A stretch of 45,029 nucleotides of DNA from Acidobacteriota bacterium (GTDB taxonomy: Bacteria > Acidobacteriota > Vicinamibacteria > Vicinamibacterales > CAVVIG01): contig JBKPSC010000081.1 in NCBI GenBank assembly GCA_046734915.1, positions 1 through 45,029 on the forward strand. Direction: 5' to 3'. Position numbers and translations under genes: made by a program. Under the pieces are notes generated by a model. That model was not told where the DNA came from. It worked only from the letters and a program-made list of their open reading frames with translations, and searched no databases. Positions 33,548 through 42,310 of the stretch are shown here, in pieces (within the stretch, counting starts at the first letter, position 1; the number at the start of each line of letters is the position of its first letter).

Positions 33548-34351
33548 ATGACGCGGGTGCTGAGCGGCGCCGCGCTGGTCCTCATCGCAGTCGCCGCCGT
33601 CTTCTTCGCGCCGCCCTGGCTGTTCTTGCTCATCGCCGAAGCCATCGTCGTGCTGTCGATCCGTGAATATCGAACACTGGCTTCCGGGCTAGGCGTGTCG
33701 GCTCCCTGGGCTCTGGCCGGCGGCGTGGCAATGTTGGTGTGCTTTGTCGTCGCAACGGAGCCGATGGACGGACCCTCGATGATCGTGCCGCTCCTCATGA
33801 CCGCGGTCGTGGCTTTTGGCATCCTGACCGTCGCGCAGTGGCAGGGGCAATCGAACCCACTCCCGGCGATCGCCGTTGCGCTGTTTCCCGCGCTCTACAT
33901 CGGGCTGCCGCTTGGCGCGCTCGTGGCGATCCGTCAGCGGCACGGGACCGAGGCGCTCTTCCTGCTGATGTTCACGATCATGGTCAGCGATACCTCGCAG
34001 TACTACACGGGCCGGTTGTTCGGCCGGATCCCGCTCGCGGCCGCCGTCTCGCCGAAGAAGACTGTCGAAGGCGCGGTCGGAGGCCTGATGATTGGAACGG
34101 CGGCGCTGGTCATCGCCGGACACTGGTGGCTCGTGCAACCCGTGCCCGTGGACCCGCTCACTCGCCTGTCTATCGGCATTATGGTGGTGATAGCTGGTAT
34201 TGCTGGCGACCTCTTCGAGTCGCTCTTGAAGCGTAGCGCGGGGGTCAAGGACAGCTCGACACTCATCCCTGGGCATGGGGGCGTCCTCGACCGGATTGAC
34301 GCGCTGCTGTTCGCGGCACCTGTATATTTCGTGGCGTTGAGATTCCTGTGA
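33548..34351 (+). CDS. cdsA: Phosphatidate cytidylyltransferase
   Basis: SPKKTVEGAVGG and GDLFESLLKRSAGVKDSSTLIPGHGGVLDRIDALLF. Confidence 0.9.
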   Translation: MTRVLSGAALVLIAVAAVFFAPPWLFLLIAEAIVVLSIREYRTLASGLGVSAPWALAGGVAMLVCFVVATEPMDGPSMIVPLLMTAVVAFGILTVAQWQGQSNPLPAIAVALFPALYIGLPLGALVAIRQRHGTEALFLLMFTIMVSDTSQYYTGRLFGRIPLAAAVSPKKTVEGAVGGLMIGTAALVIAGHWWLVQPVPVDPLTRLSIGIMVVIAGIAGDLFESLLKRSAGVKDSSTLIPGHGGVLDRIDALLFAAPVYFVALRFL

Positions 34352-35517
34352 AGCGCATCGCCATCGTCGGCGCGACGGGGTCGATCGGTCAGAGCGCGCT
34401 CGCCGTCGTCGATGCGCACGCCGATCGGCTGCAGGTCGTGGCCATGGCCGCTGGAGAGAACGTCGATCGGTTTGCCGATCAGGTGTCGCGGCATCGCCCG
34501 AGGCTGGCGGTAATGGGAACGGACGCCGCCCTCGCGCGTCTCAAGACACAGGGGGTTCCGGTGGCGACAGCTCTTGGCGCTCCCGGACGTGAGGGACTGG
34601 TTCAGGTGGCCTCGCACCCCGATGCCGAAGTAGTCCTGTTTGCGTCGTCCGGTACGGATGGGCTCGAGGCCGTTGCCGCGGCCATCGACTCGGGCAAGAC
34701 CATCGCCCTTGCCAACAAGGAAATCCTCGTCATGGCCGGCGGCATCGTCACCGAGGCCGCTCGCCGCCGTGGCGTTGCGGTGCTGCCGGTGGACAGCGAG
34801 CACAACGCGATTCATCAGTGCCTGGATGGCCGTCCGGCGAAGCACGTGAAGCGGTTGGTGCTGACCGCCTCGGGCGGACCCTTCCGCGGCCGTACTGCGG
34901 CGGAACTCGCGACCGTGACCGCCGACGATGCCCTGCGGCATCCGACGTGGCGGATGGGTCGCAAAATCACGATCGACTCGGCGACTCTGATGAACAAAGG
35001 GCTGGAAGTGATCGAAGCGCGATGGCTCTTCGACGTGGCCCCAGACCAGATCGACGTCGTCATCCACCCGCAGTCCGTCGTGCACTCGTTCATCGAGCTC
35101 GTCGACGGATCGGTCATCGCTCAGCTCGGCATCACGGACATGCGCCTGCCGATTCAGTACGCCCTTTCTTACCCTGAGCGCTGGCCGGCGCCGCTGCCGT
35201 CGCTCGATCTCGCGCGCGCCGGCACGCTCGAGTTCCATGCTCCGGACGCGGCGGCCTTTCCATGCCTGAGCCTGGGGTATCGCGCGCTACGCGGCGCGCC
35301 CAGCGAACCGGTCGTGCTCAATGCGGCGAACGAAATCGCCGTGGCGTTGTTCCTCGAGGGTCGTCTCGGATTCGGTGCCATCCCGCAGGTCATCGCGCAG
35401 ACCCTGGACGCGCATGCGACGGCGGCGGTGACGACGCTGGCAGAAGTGCGCACAGTCGATGCGTGGGCGCGGCAGTATGCCCGCGAGGTCTCCAGGGGAG
35501 TAGAATTGAAGGTCTGA
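34348..35517 (+). CDS. dxr: 1-deoxy-D-xylulose-5-phosphate reductoisomerase
   Basis: IAIVGATGSIGQSAL, LANKEILV, PVDSEHNAI and NKGLEVIEA. The GTG start overlaps the cdsA stop (GTGA). Confidence 0.92.
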   Translation: MKRIAIVGATGSIGQSALAVVDAHADRLQVVAMAAGENVDRFADQVSRHRPRLAVMGTDAALARLKTQGVPVATALGAPGREGLVQVASHPDAEVVLFASSGTDGLEAVAAAIDSGKTIALANKEILVMAGGIVTEAARRRGVAVLPVDSEHNAIHQCLDGRPAKHVKRLVLTASGGPFRGRTAAELATVTADDALRHPTWRMGRKITIDSATLMNKGLEVIEARWLFDVAPDQIDVVIHPQSVVHSFIELVDGSVIAQLGITDMRLPIQYALSYPERWPAPLPSLDLARAGTLEFHAPDAAAFPCLSLGYRALRGAPSEPVVLNAANEIAVALFLEGRLGFGAIPQVIAQTLDAHATAAVTTLAEVRTVDAWARQYAREVSRGVELKV

Positions 35518-35527
35518 GGATCCGCTT

Positions 35528-36850
35528 GTGACGACACTGCTTTCCTTTGCGTTCGTTCTCGGCGTTCTCGTCTTCATCCACGAGCTTGGCCATTTTCTCG
35601 CCGCCAAGCGGATCGGCATCAAGGTCCTCAAGTTCCAACTGGGCTTCAATCCCACCATCCTGAGCTTCAAGCGCGGCGACACTGAATACGGCATCGGGGC
35701 GCTGCCGCTCGGCGGTTACGTCAAGATGGCGGGTGAGAATCCTGACGAAGCGCGCAGCGGCCGATCGGACGAATTCCTGTCGCGGTCGAAGTGGGAGCGA
35801 TTCCAGGTGCTCTTCATGGGCCCGGCTATGAACCTGGCGCTGGCCTTCGTGCTCACCGCCGTCGTGTTGTATCAGGGCGCGCAGGTTCCCGTCTTCGAGG
35901 ATCAGCCCGTCGTTATCGGGTCCATCGCCGAGGGATCGCCGGCAGCGAAAGTGGACCTCCGCCGCGGCGATCGTATCGTGTCGGTGGCGCAGCGGTCGGT
36001 CGACACCTGGGAGCAGTTCTATCTCGAGGTCGCGACAAAGGTAAACCGCAGCATCGACCTGGGCGTGGTCCGCGATGGCGTCGAGCGCGCCATTAACGTG
36101 ACTCCCGTGCCCGCCAAGGACACGCGGTTTGAAGTCGGCGACGTTGGCGTGCTGCCTGACGTCCACCCGCACGTGCCGACGGTCAACCCCGGCGAGCCGG
36201 CCGATCGAGCCGGCGTCAAGCCAGGCGACGTGGTCGTGGCCGTAGACGGCAAGACGATCACCTTCCGCACGCAGCTGCGCGAGGCTATCGCCTCGCATCC
36301 GGGCCGCGAGATCACCTTGTCGGTGCTGCGCGACGGCAAGCCTTTGGACATCCGCGTGACGCCTGACAAGCGCGGCGACATCGGTTGGCTCGGCATCGGG
36401 CTGTCTGACGCGACCAAGAGCGTCAAGCCGGGTGTGGTCGAGGCCGTCCGCCTCAGTGTCGAGAAGAACGTTCAGTACGCCGGATTGATCTTTGAGACCG
36501 TCTGGGGACTGGTGACGCGGGAAACCAGTCCCAAGCAGTTGATGGGCCCGGTCGCCATCGCCCAGCTCTCGGGCGAATCGGCGCAGCTCGGATGGATTGC
36601 TCTTTTCAGCCTGATGGCATCAATCAGCCTGAACCTCGGCCTCCTGAATCTGCTTCCAATCCCCGTCCTCGACGGGGGACACATCCTCATCATGGCGCTC
36701 GAGGGCCTCGCCCGCCGCGACTTCAGCAGCCGAGTCAAGGAGAAGATGCTCGTCGCCGGCTTCGTCGTCCTGATGATGCTGATGGTCACCGTGATCTACA
36801 ACGATCTCACCCGAATCAGCTGGATCGAGCGGCTGATGCCCTGGCGCTGA
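35528..36850 (+). CDS. rseP: RIP (site-2) zinc metalloprotease
   Basis: HELGHFLAAK (HExxH), a PDZ region, and NLLPIPVLDGGH. Confidence 0.9.
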   Translation: MTTLLSFAFVLGVLVFIHELGHFLAAKRIGIKVLKFQLGFNPTILSFKRGDTEYGIGALPLGGYVKMAGENPDEARSGRSDEFLSRSKWERFQVLFMGPAMNLALAFVLTAVVLYQGAQVPVFEDQPVVIGSIAEGSPAAKVDLRRGDRIVSVAQRSVDTWEQFYLEVATKVNRSIDLGVVRDGVERAINVTPVPAKDTRFEVGDVGVLPDVHPHVPTVNPGEPADRAGVKPGDVVVAVDGKTITFRTQLREAIASHPGREITLSVLRDGKPLDIRVTPDKRGDIGWLGIGLSDATKSVKPGVVEAVRLSVEKNVQYAGLIFETVWGLVTRETSPKQLMGPVAIAQLSGESAQLGWIALFSLMASISLNLGLLNLLPIPVLDGGHILIMALEGLARRDFSSRVKEKMLVAGFVVLMMLMVTVIYNDLTRISWIERLMPWR

Positions 36851-36908
36851 CGGCACCTCGCACGCCCCGGTTTCTCGCGGCCTCCCTCTTCCAAAACGCC
36901 GCCGTCGC

Positions 36909-36926
36909 CTGGCGTTCTATTTGCAC
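36909..36926 (+). promoter_or_regulatory. Candidate sigma-54 (-24/-12) promoter CTGGCGT-TCTAT-TTGCAC
   Basis: GG at 36911-36912 and GC at 36923-36924 are separated by exactly 10 nt. The match to TGGCAC-N5-TTGCW is TGGC.. plus a full TTGCA. It lies about 25 nt upstream of the GTG at 36950, with GGAGG at 36941-36945. Confidence 0.45.
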
Positions 36927-36949
36927 GATGTTAATTTGTGGAGGTTGAA

Positions 36950-37819
36950 GTGAAACTCATCCGACTGACGGGTGTGCTTGGGCTGGTCCTTATTCTGGCG
37001 GCATCGGGCCCTGCCGCTGCGATCGCACAGACGCAGGCCGCCACGATGAGCGCATCCGACGTGCAGCGACTCGAAGATGCGATCGCCGACGCTCAGCGCG
37101 ACGTGGCCCAGGCGCCGACGCGCGATCTCGCGTCCCAACTGGAAGCGTCGCTCAACGACGCCCGCGACGATACGACATTTCTCAAGGTAAAAATCCGGCG
37201 CGGTGAAACGGTACCGCGCAGCGAGTATTTCGACCTCCGCGACCGCATCGACGACATTCGCACCAAGGCGCATGGAACCTCGACGACTCCCGCCGCCGGT
37301 TCGTCAACGTCAACCCGACACCACGGCGATGTGCCGGTGGGCACCGAATTCGACGTCAGGATCGTTAGCAGTCTCAGCTCTGGTACAGCGCAGGTCGAGG
37401 ACCGGTTCGAGGCGACGACGATGGTTGATTTGACAGAGGGCGAACGCGTCCTCGTGCCGGCTGGTTCGACGATGCGTGGCGTGATCAGCTCGGTCAACAA
37501 GGCTGGCCGAATCAATCGAAAGGGCAGTTTGACGCTGGCCTTCGACCAGATCACGGTGAACGGCAAGGATGCCCCGCTGAAGGCGACCGTGACGCAGGCT
37601 CTCGAGAGCGAAGGCGTCCGCGGTGAAGTCGGCAAGATCGGCGCCGGCGCGGGCGTCGGCGCGATCATCGGCGGGATCCTCGGCGGCTTCAAGGGGGCGA
37701 TGGCCGGCATCCTGATTGGTGGCGGCGGGACCATCGCGGCCACCGAAGGCAAGGACGTCGAATTGCCTGCTGGAACCGTGCTGCGAGTCAGGTTGGATTC
37801 GGCGCTCGATCTGAAGTAA
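36950..37819 (+). CDS. Secreted hypothetical protein with C-terminal glycine-zipper segment
   Basis: GTG at 36950 lies 4 nt after GGAGG. Signal peptide VKLIRLTGVLGLVLILAASGPAAAIAQ. The C-terminus GAGAGVGAIIGGILGGFKGAMAGILIGGGG is a glycine zipper. Confidence 0.7.
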   Translation: MKLIRLTGVLGLVLILAASGPAAAIAQTQAATMSASDVQRLEDAIADAQRDVAQAPTRDLASQLEASLNDARDDTTFLKVKIRRGETVPRSEYFDLRDRIDDIRTKAHGTSTTPAAGSSTSTRHHGDVPVGTEFDVRIVSSLSSGTAQVEDRFEATTMVDLTEGERVLVPAGSTMRGVISSVNKAGRINRKGSLTLAFDQITVNGKDAPLKATVTQALESEGVRGEVGKIGAGAGVGAIIGGILGGFKGAMAGILIGGGGTIAATEGKDVELPAGTVLRVRLDSALDLK

Positions 37820-37823
37820 GGGC

Positions 37824-37895
37824 GGGTAGGGCAGGTAAGGAGGCACGCCGTTGGTCGGCGTGCCTCTTTTTTGTGCTTCAGCCCTACCTGCCCTA
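37824..37895. repeat. Nested palindrome (element E): outer TAGGGCAGGTA / TACCTGCCCTA stem around an inner terminator
   Basis: 37827-37837 is the reverse complement of 37885-37895. The right arm overlaps the stop codon of the convergent TonB_C gene. Confidence 0.8.
37840..37872 (+). terminator. Canonical rho-independent terminator
   Basis: 11-bp GC-rich stem gaggcacgccg / cggcgtgcctc, loop ttggt, then tttttt at 37867-37872. Confidence 0.85.
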
Positions 37896-38771
37896 TTTCC
37901 GCAGGGTGAAGCTCACGGTCACCCTCATCCGAACCGGTACAGCCTGTCCGTTCACGATCGTGGGTTGGTAACGCCAGTTCGTGACGGCGGCGAGCGCGGC
38001 TTCGTCCAGCATTGGAATCGATCGCACGATCTTCGCCGCCGTGACTTGGCCGCTCGCGTCGATGACAACCTCGGCGGCGACCGCACCATTGACTCCCGCA
38101 GCTTGTGCCTCGGGCGGGTATTGTGGGACGTCGACGCGCGACGGCGGACTGATGCCGCCACCGACCGTATAGATACCCTCCGCATCTGGCTCGCCAGGGC
38201 CGCTGGACGGCGTCGTCGCAGTCTTCTTCTGTTCGTCGGTATGCAGAGCTGTTGCCCGGCGAGCGTAGAACTGCGCGAGCAGCTTGTAGGGCTCGGCCGC
38301 GTCTGGGTGCTGCCTGCGGGCGTCGAGCAGCGTGGCGTCGGCGGTCTCGAGCAGGCCCTGTTCCTCCTGTAATGCCGCCAATTGCGAGACCGGTCCGAGG
38401 TCCTCGGGCGCGATCCGAATCAGATCGGCCAGCGCCTCTGCCCGTCGGCCTGGATCCTTCAGATGTTGAGCGTCGAAGGACTGGGCCAGCAGACGAAGAG
38501 CCAGTTTGTGGGCGTCACCGATCGAGCCCACCGACGCCGCGCGCCGGTAATGCCTGGCGGCGGCCTCCAGCTGGCGCGTCCGTTCGGAGCTCTCTCTCGT
38601 TGCGGCCGCCAGCTTGTCTGCGTCTTCACCAGCGCAGATGGCGGCGACCGACGGGTCTGCACCCCAGTGCAGAGCCTGGGCGCAGGGCGATACGGGAGGA
38701 GGGGTCTTGGCCGGGGCTGCCGGCGCCTGGCCGGCCATCGTGAGGAGACCGATCACGAACGGGATGGTCAT
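37893..38771 (-). CDS. TonB C-terminal domain protein with TPR-like middle region
   Basis: The C-terminus PQYPPEAQAAGVNGAVAAEVVIDASGQVTAAKIVRSIPMLDEAALAAVTNWRYQP is typical of TonB_C. Confidence 0.8.
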   Translation of the reverse strand: MTIPFVIGLLTMAGQAPAAPAKTPPPVSPCAQALHWGADPSVAAICAGEDADKLAAATRESSERTRQLEAAARHYRRAASVGSIGDAHKLALRLLAQSFDAQHLKDPGRRAEALADLIRIAPEDLGPVSQLAALQEEQGLLETADATLLDARRQHPDAAEPYKLLAQFYARRATALHTDEQKKTATTPSSGPGEPDAEGIYTVGGGISPPSRVDVPQYPPEAQAAGVNGAVAAEVVIDASGQVTAAKIVRSIPMLDEAALAAVTNWRYQPTIVNGQAVPVRMRVTVSFTLRK

Positions 38772-38831
38772 GGCGCTGCTCCTGGGGGCTTAGACACCGC
38801 GGACGCGAATTCGTGTCGGACGCCGGTCACA

Positions 38832-38860
38832 TTGACAGCCTCGCCACAGTTTGCCATTCT
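38832..38860 (+). promoter_or_regulatory. Sigma-70-like promoter TTGACA-17-CATTCT upstream of padR
   Basis: The hexamers and 17-nt spacer are read directly. The predicted start site falls a few nt before the ATG at 38875. Confidence 0.4.
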
Positions 38861-38879
38861 CCCATCGACAAACGATGGG
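38861..38879. promoter_or_regulatory. 7-5-7 inverted repeat CCCATCG-ACAAA-CGATGGG spanning the padR start codon; candidate PadR operator or start-codon-sequestering hairpin
   Basis: This is a perfect inverted repeat, and the ATG at 38875-38877 lies inside the right arm. Confidence 0.4.
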
Positions 38880-39210
38880 AAAGCCGGAGCCGCCGGACCT
38901 GCTGCCAGGGACGCTCGACCTGCTCATTCTGAAATTGCTCACCGCAGGTCCGCAGCACGGTTACGGTCTCGCCGTGCGGTTGAAGTCCATCTCGGACGAG
39001 GTGCTGCAGGTCGGCGAGAGCTCCCTCTACCCGTCGCTGCAGCGGCTACTGCTCAATGGGTGGGTCAAAGCGGAATGGGGCGCTTCCGAAAACAACCGGC
39101 GCGCCCGCTACTACGCGCTCACGCCGGCCGGCCGCAGACAACTGGCCTCCGAGCGGCAGGCATTCGACCGGATGATTCTCGCCATTCACAAGGTCCTCAC
39201 CGCCACCTAG
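38875..39210 (+). CDS. PadR family transcriptional regulator
   Basis: LDLLILKLLTAGPQHGYGL...SLYPSLQRLLLNGWV...RRARYYALTPAGRRQL. Confidence 0.9.
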   Translation: MGKPEPPDLLPGTLDLLILKLLTAGPQHGYGLAVRLKSISDEVLQVGESSLYPSLQRLLLNGWVKAEWGASENNRRARYYALTPAGRRQLASERQAFDRMILAIHKVLTAT

Positions 39211-39217
39211 GAGCGCC

Positions 39218-41869
39218 ATGCGCCTCATTCGCCTGTTGCGCTATCTCACGGATCGAAAACAGGCCGAGATCGATCTCACGGAAGAGATGGCCGCTCATCA
39301 GGCGATGCATCAGCGAGATCTGGAGAACGAGGGCGCAGCACCTTCCGATGCCGCGCGCTCCGCCAGGCGGGCATTTGGCAGCAGAGCGCTGACGGCGAAC
39401 CGCGCTCGCGACGTGTGGGTCTGGCCGTGGCTCCAGGATGTGACGGACGACTTCCGCTTCGCGATGCGACTGCTGGTCAAGGACCGCGGATTCACGACTG
39501 TGATGATCCTGGTACTCGGCCTGGGCATCGGCATCGCGCACTTGCAGTTGGTGTTGATCGATGCGATCTGCATACGCGGCCTGCCGATCCCGGCCGTGGA
39601 TCGAGTGCTGTTTCTGGGCGCGCGAGACTCGAACGGCCGCGATCTCCCGGTCTCGTATCAGGAATTCGAGCATTTGCGCGCGGCCACGGCCGGTACGAGC
39701 GCGATGGCTGCCTTTGCCAGTGCGCCAGGCGTGCTTGGCGACGAAGGCCGGGCGCCGGATCGCGTGCTGGTCACTTATGCGGCAACGCCGCTGTTTCGCG
39801 TGCTGGCAGAGCAGCCGATGATTGGCCGCGACTTCGACGACCGCGACGATGTCCCGGGCGCGGAGGCGGTGGCGATTCTGACAGCGAGGATCTGGCGCAC
39901 GCGCTATGGGGCGGACCCGTCGATTGTCGGTCGCGTCATCCGCGTCAATGGCACGCCGACGGCAGTGATAGGTGTCATGCGTGAGCCTCTCAGGTTTCCG
40001 AACGTTGCGGACGTCTGGTGTCCGCTCACGGCCATGCAAGGCCTGGCGGGCGATCGTCGCGCTGGCCGCACATTGAACGTCGCAGCTCGACTCGCCGACG
40101 GAGCGAGCCTGGCCGGCGTGAGGGCATCGCTCGCGACGCAAGCGGTCGAACTGACCCGTCGGTATCCAACCGAAAACGCGGGCATCACGCTGACCGTACA
40201 ACCCATCAACGATCGTTACAATGGCAAGCTCACTGATGGCGTGTGGATCGCGTTTGGCGGTGTCGCCGTTGTGGTATTGCTCATCGCCTGCTTCAACGCG
40301 GCGAACCTGCTACTCGTTCGCGCCGCGAAACGCGGGCACGAGATCGCCGTGCGCGCCTCGATTGGCGCCTCTCGCGCCCGAATCGTGCGACAGCTCGTCG
40401 TCGAGAGCGCCGTTCTGGCGATCGCCAGCGGCGTCGCGGCCGCAGGCGTTTCCGCGGCGGGGCTCTATTTCATCAATGCCGTTATCCCTGAGAATACGCT
40501 CGCCTACTGGATGACGTACCGGATCGACGGGCGGGCCCTGGCCGTGCTGCTGACGATTTGCCTGGCCACGGTGCTCGTGTTCGGGCTGGCGCCGGCGGTC
40601 CACATCGCCCGCACCGACGTTCACACGATCATGAAATCTGGCGGGAGTGCTGGGCTCGGAGCGCGGCGCGGGCGTCGATGGATGCTCGTGTTCATGAGCC
40701 TCGAATGCGGCCTGACCATGGTGCTGCTGAACGCGATCGTCGTTGGGGTGCGCACCGCACGCGAGTCGGGCCGACGATTCGTGGCGGTCGACACGGCGAA
40801 CGTGTTGACCACCTGGGTCACGCTGCCCGCGGATCGCTATCAAACCCCCGACTCCCGTCGCTCGTTCTACGCGGCCGCCAGTGAGAGGATCGCGGCCCTC
40901 CGCGGCGTATCGACTCTCGCGCTCGCGACTGCCTTGCCGCTCGGCGGCGCGGCGGCGAAGGCGCTCCACCTCGAGGGCCAACCCCCGATCCCGAATCAGG
41001 CTCCTGCCACGGTGTGGACGATCACAGTCAGCGAGAGGTACTTCGAGGCGATCGGTGTGGGCCTCGTGCGAGGGCGCGAGTTCGAGCGCCGCGACGGCCT
41101 GGCTGGGCGCGAGGCGGTCATCGTCAACCAGCGATTTGCGGATCGGTTTCTGAGCGGGCGCGATCCGATCGGGCAGCGGCTGCAGCTCTCCGATCCCGGC
41201 GCAGCGGCGCGGTCTCCGATGATGACCGTCGTGGGCGTCTCGCCCAACGTCCGCCAACGATCGCAGTCGGCCGAGGTCGACCCGCTCGTCTACCTTCCGC
41301 TCACCGGCGCCCCTCCGGTGTCGTCGGTCCTCTTTCTTCGCGGTGAGCCTGGTGCGGCGACGCTGGCGCCGGCGCTGCGAGAGAGCATTCGAGCGATCGA
41401 TTCCGAGCTGCCGCTCTATCGGACCTTGCCGATGGAGCAAGCGCTCGACGCATCCAACTGGAACGGCCGTGTTTCCGAAGCCCTTCTGAACGGCATTGCC
41501 TTCGTCGCGATATGCCTGGCCGGTATCGGTCTCTACACGGTGATGGCGCACGCGGTGGTCCATCGAACCCGCGAGATTGGCATTCGCGTCGCGCTCGGAG
41601 CGTGCCGAAGCCGCTTGGTGGCGATGATGGCCAAATCCGCCGCGGGTTACCTCGCGCTCGGCGTGCTGGCCGGCAGCGGATGCGTCGTGGTGTTTGCCTG
41701 GTTGATCGAGCGGGGAGCCGGGTCGGGTTCAGCGCCGTTCCGGCTGAACGATCCGCTGACCTTTGGCGGCGGCATCTTTCTGCTGGCATTGATCACCGCT
41801 GCCGCGGCGATCGTGCCCACGTGGCGAGTCGTGCGAATCGAGCCGGCCCGGGTGTTGCGGGAAAGCTAA
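39218..41869 (+). CDS. ADOP-family ABC transporter permease with N-terminal permease-prefix domain
   Basis: AGGAG precedes the ATG. Prefix residues 1-75 are followed by LQDVTDDFRFAMRLLVKDRGFT. FtsX motifs are LLIACFNAANLLLVR and REIGIRVALGA. Confidence 0.9.
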   Translation: MRLIRLLRYLTDRKQAEIDLTEEMAAHQAMHQRDLENEGAAPSDAARSARRAFGSRALTANRARDVWVWPWLQDVTDDFRFAMRLLVKDRGFTTVMILVLGLGIGIAHLQLVLIDAICIRGLPIPAVDRVLFLGARDSNGRDLPVSYQEFEHLRAATAGTSAMAAFASAPGVLGDEGRAPDRVLVTYAATPLFRVLAEQPMIGRDFDDRDDVPGAEAVAILTARIWRTRYGADPSIVGRVIRVNGTPTAVIGVMREPLRFPNVADVWCPLTAMQGLAGDRRAGRTLNVAARLADGASLAGVRASLATQAVELTRRYPTENAGITLTVQPINDRYNGKLTDGVWIAFGGVAVVVLLIACFNAANLLLVRAAKRGHEIAVRASIGASRARIVRQLVVESAVLAIASGVAAAGVSAAGLYFINAVIPENTLAYWMTYRIDGRALAVLLTICLATVLVFGLAPAVHIARTDVHTIMKSGGSAGLGARRGRRWMLVFMSLECGLTMVLLNAIVVGVRTARESGRRFVAVDTANVLTTWVTLPADRYQTPDSRRSFYAAASERIAALRGVSTLALATALPLGGAAAKALHLEGQPPIPNQAPATVWTITVSERYFEAIGVGLVRGREFERRDGLAGREAVIVNQRFADRFLSGRDPIGQRLQLSDPGAAARSPMMTVVGVSPNVRQRSQSAEVDPLVYLPLTGAPPVSSVLFLRGEPGAATLAPALRESIRAIDSELPLYRTLPMEQALDASNWNGRVSEALLNGIAFVAICLAGIGLYTVMAHAVVHRTREIGIRVALGACRSRLVAMMAKSAAGYLALGVLAGSGCVVVFAWLIERGAGSGSAPFRLNDPLTFGGGIFLLALITAAAAIVPTWRVVRIEPARVLRES

Positions 41870-41934
41870 GGCAGGTAGGGCAGGTGGGGCAGGGAGGCGG
41901 GGAGGGCGGGGCGGAGACGACCTTTCTGCCCTAC
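41870..41934. repeat. G-rich repeat arm (element F) of (A/G)GGGCAGG(T/G) units with a local 9-bp stem
   Basis: The sequence is ggcaggtagggcaggtggggcagggaggcggggagggcggggcgg. gtagggcag (41875-41883) pairs with ctgccctac (41926-41934). It starts right after the ADOP stop. Confidence 0.8.
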
Positions 41935-42310
41935 TGGCCCGCGGCCATCACCGCGAAGCGCGAAGTAGTCCACTACGGAAGCGCCAACCTTCCGATCCGA
42001 TCCTCATGCTCCGGATACGGTGCCGTATTGGCGGCGCTGAAGAATGACAGGACGATAGCCTTCCCTCGCGCTGTTCGATGAGGATTCGCTTCATCTCGGC
42101 GGATGCCGGCTTCGATATGAGCGCGCCGTTTTCAATCCTCTCGAGCGCTGGAGGCGGGCGCCGGCTTCGGAGCGGCCGCCCGCCCGACGCTCGTTGATTT
42201 CGTACGGGCTGAGCTAGTACGCGAAGACCTGCTCCGCTGGTGCCGCGATGAAGGCCATCCCGAGCGCACGAATCATGGCTGTGTCGTTTCGTTAACGGAA
42301 TACCTAACTG

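Noticed and set aside
41512-42081. 189-aa plus-strand ORF running from inside the ADOP gene into the ORF-less spacer.
   Set aside because: Its first two-thirds is an alternative frame of the well-supported ADOP gene and is Arg/Gly-rich. The part beyond 41869 passes through the low-complexity G-rich repeat. No start-site signals are present.
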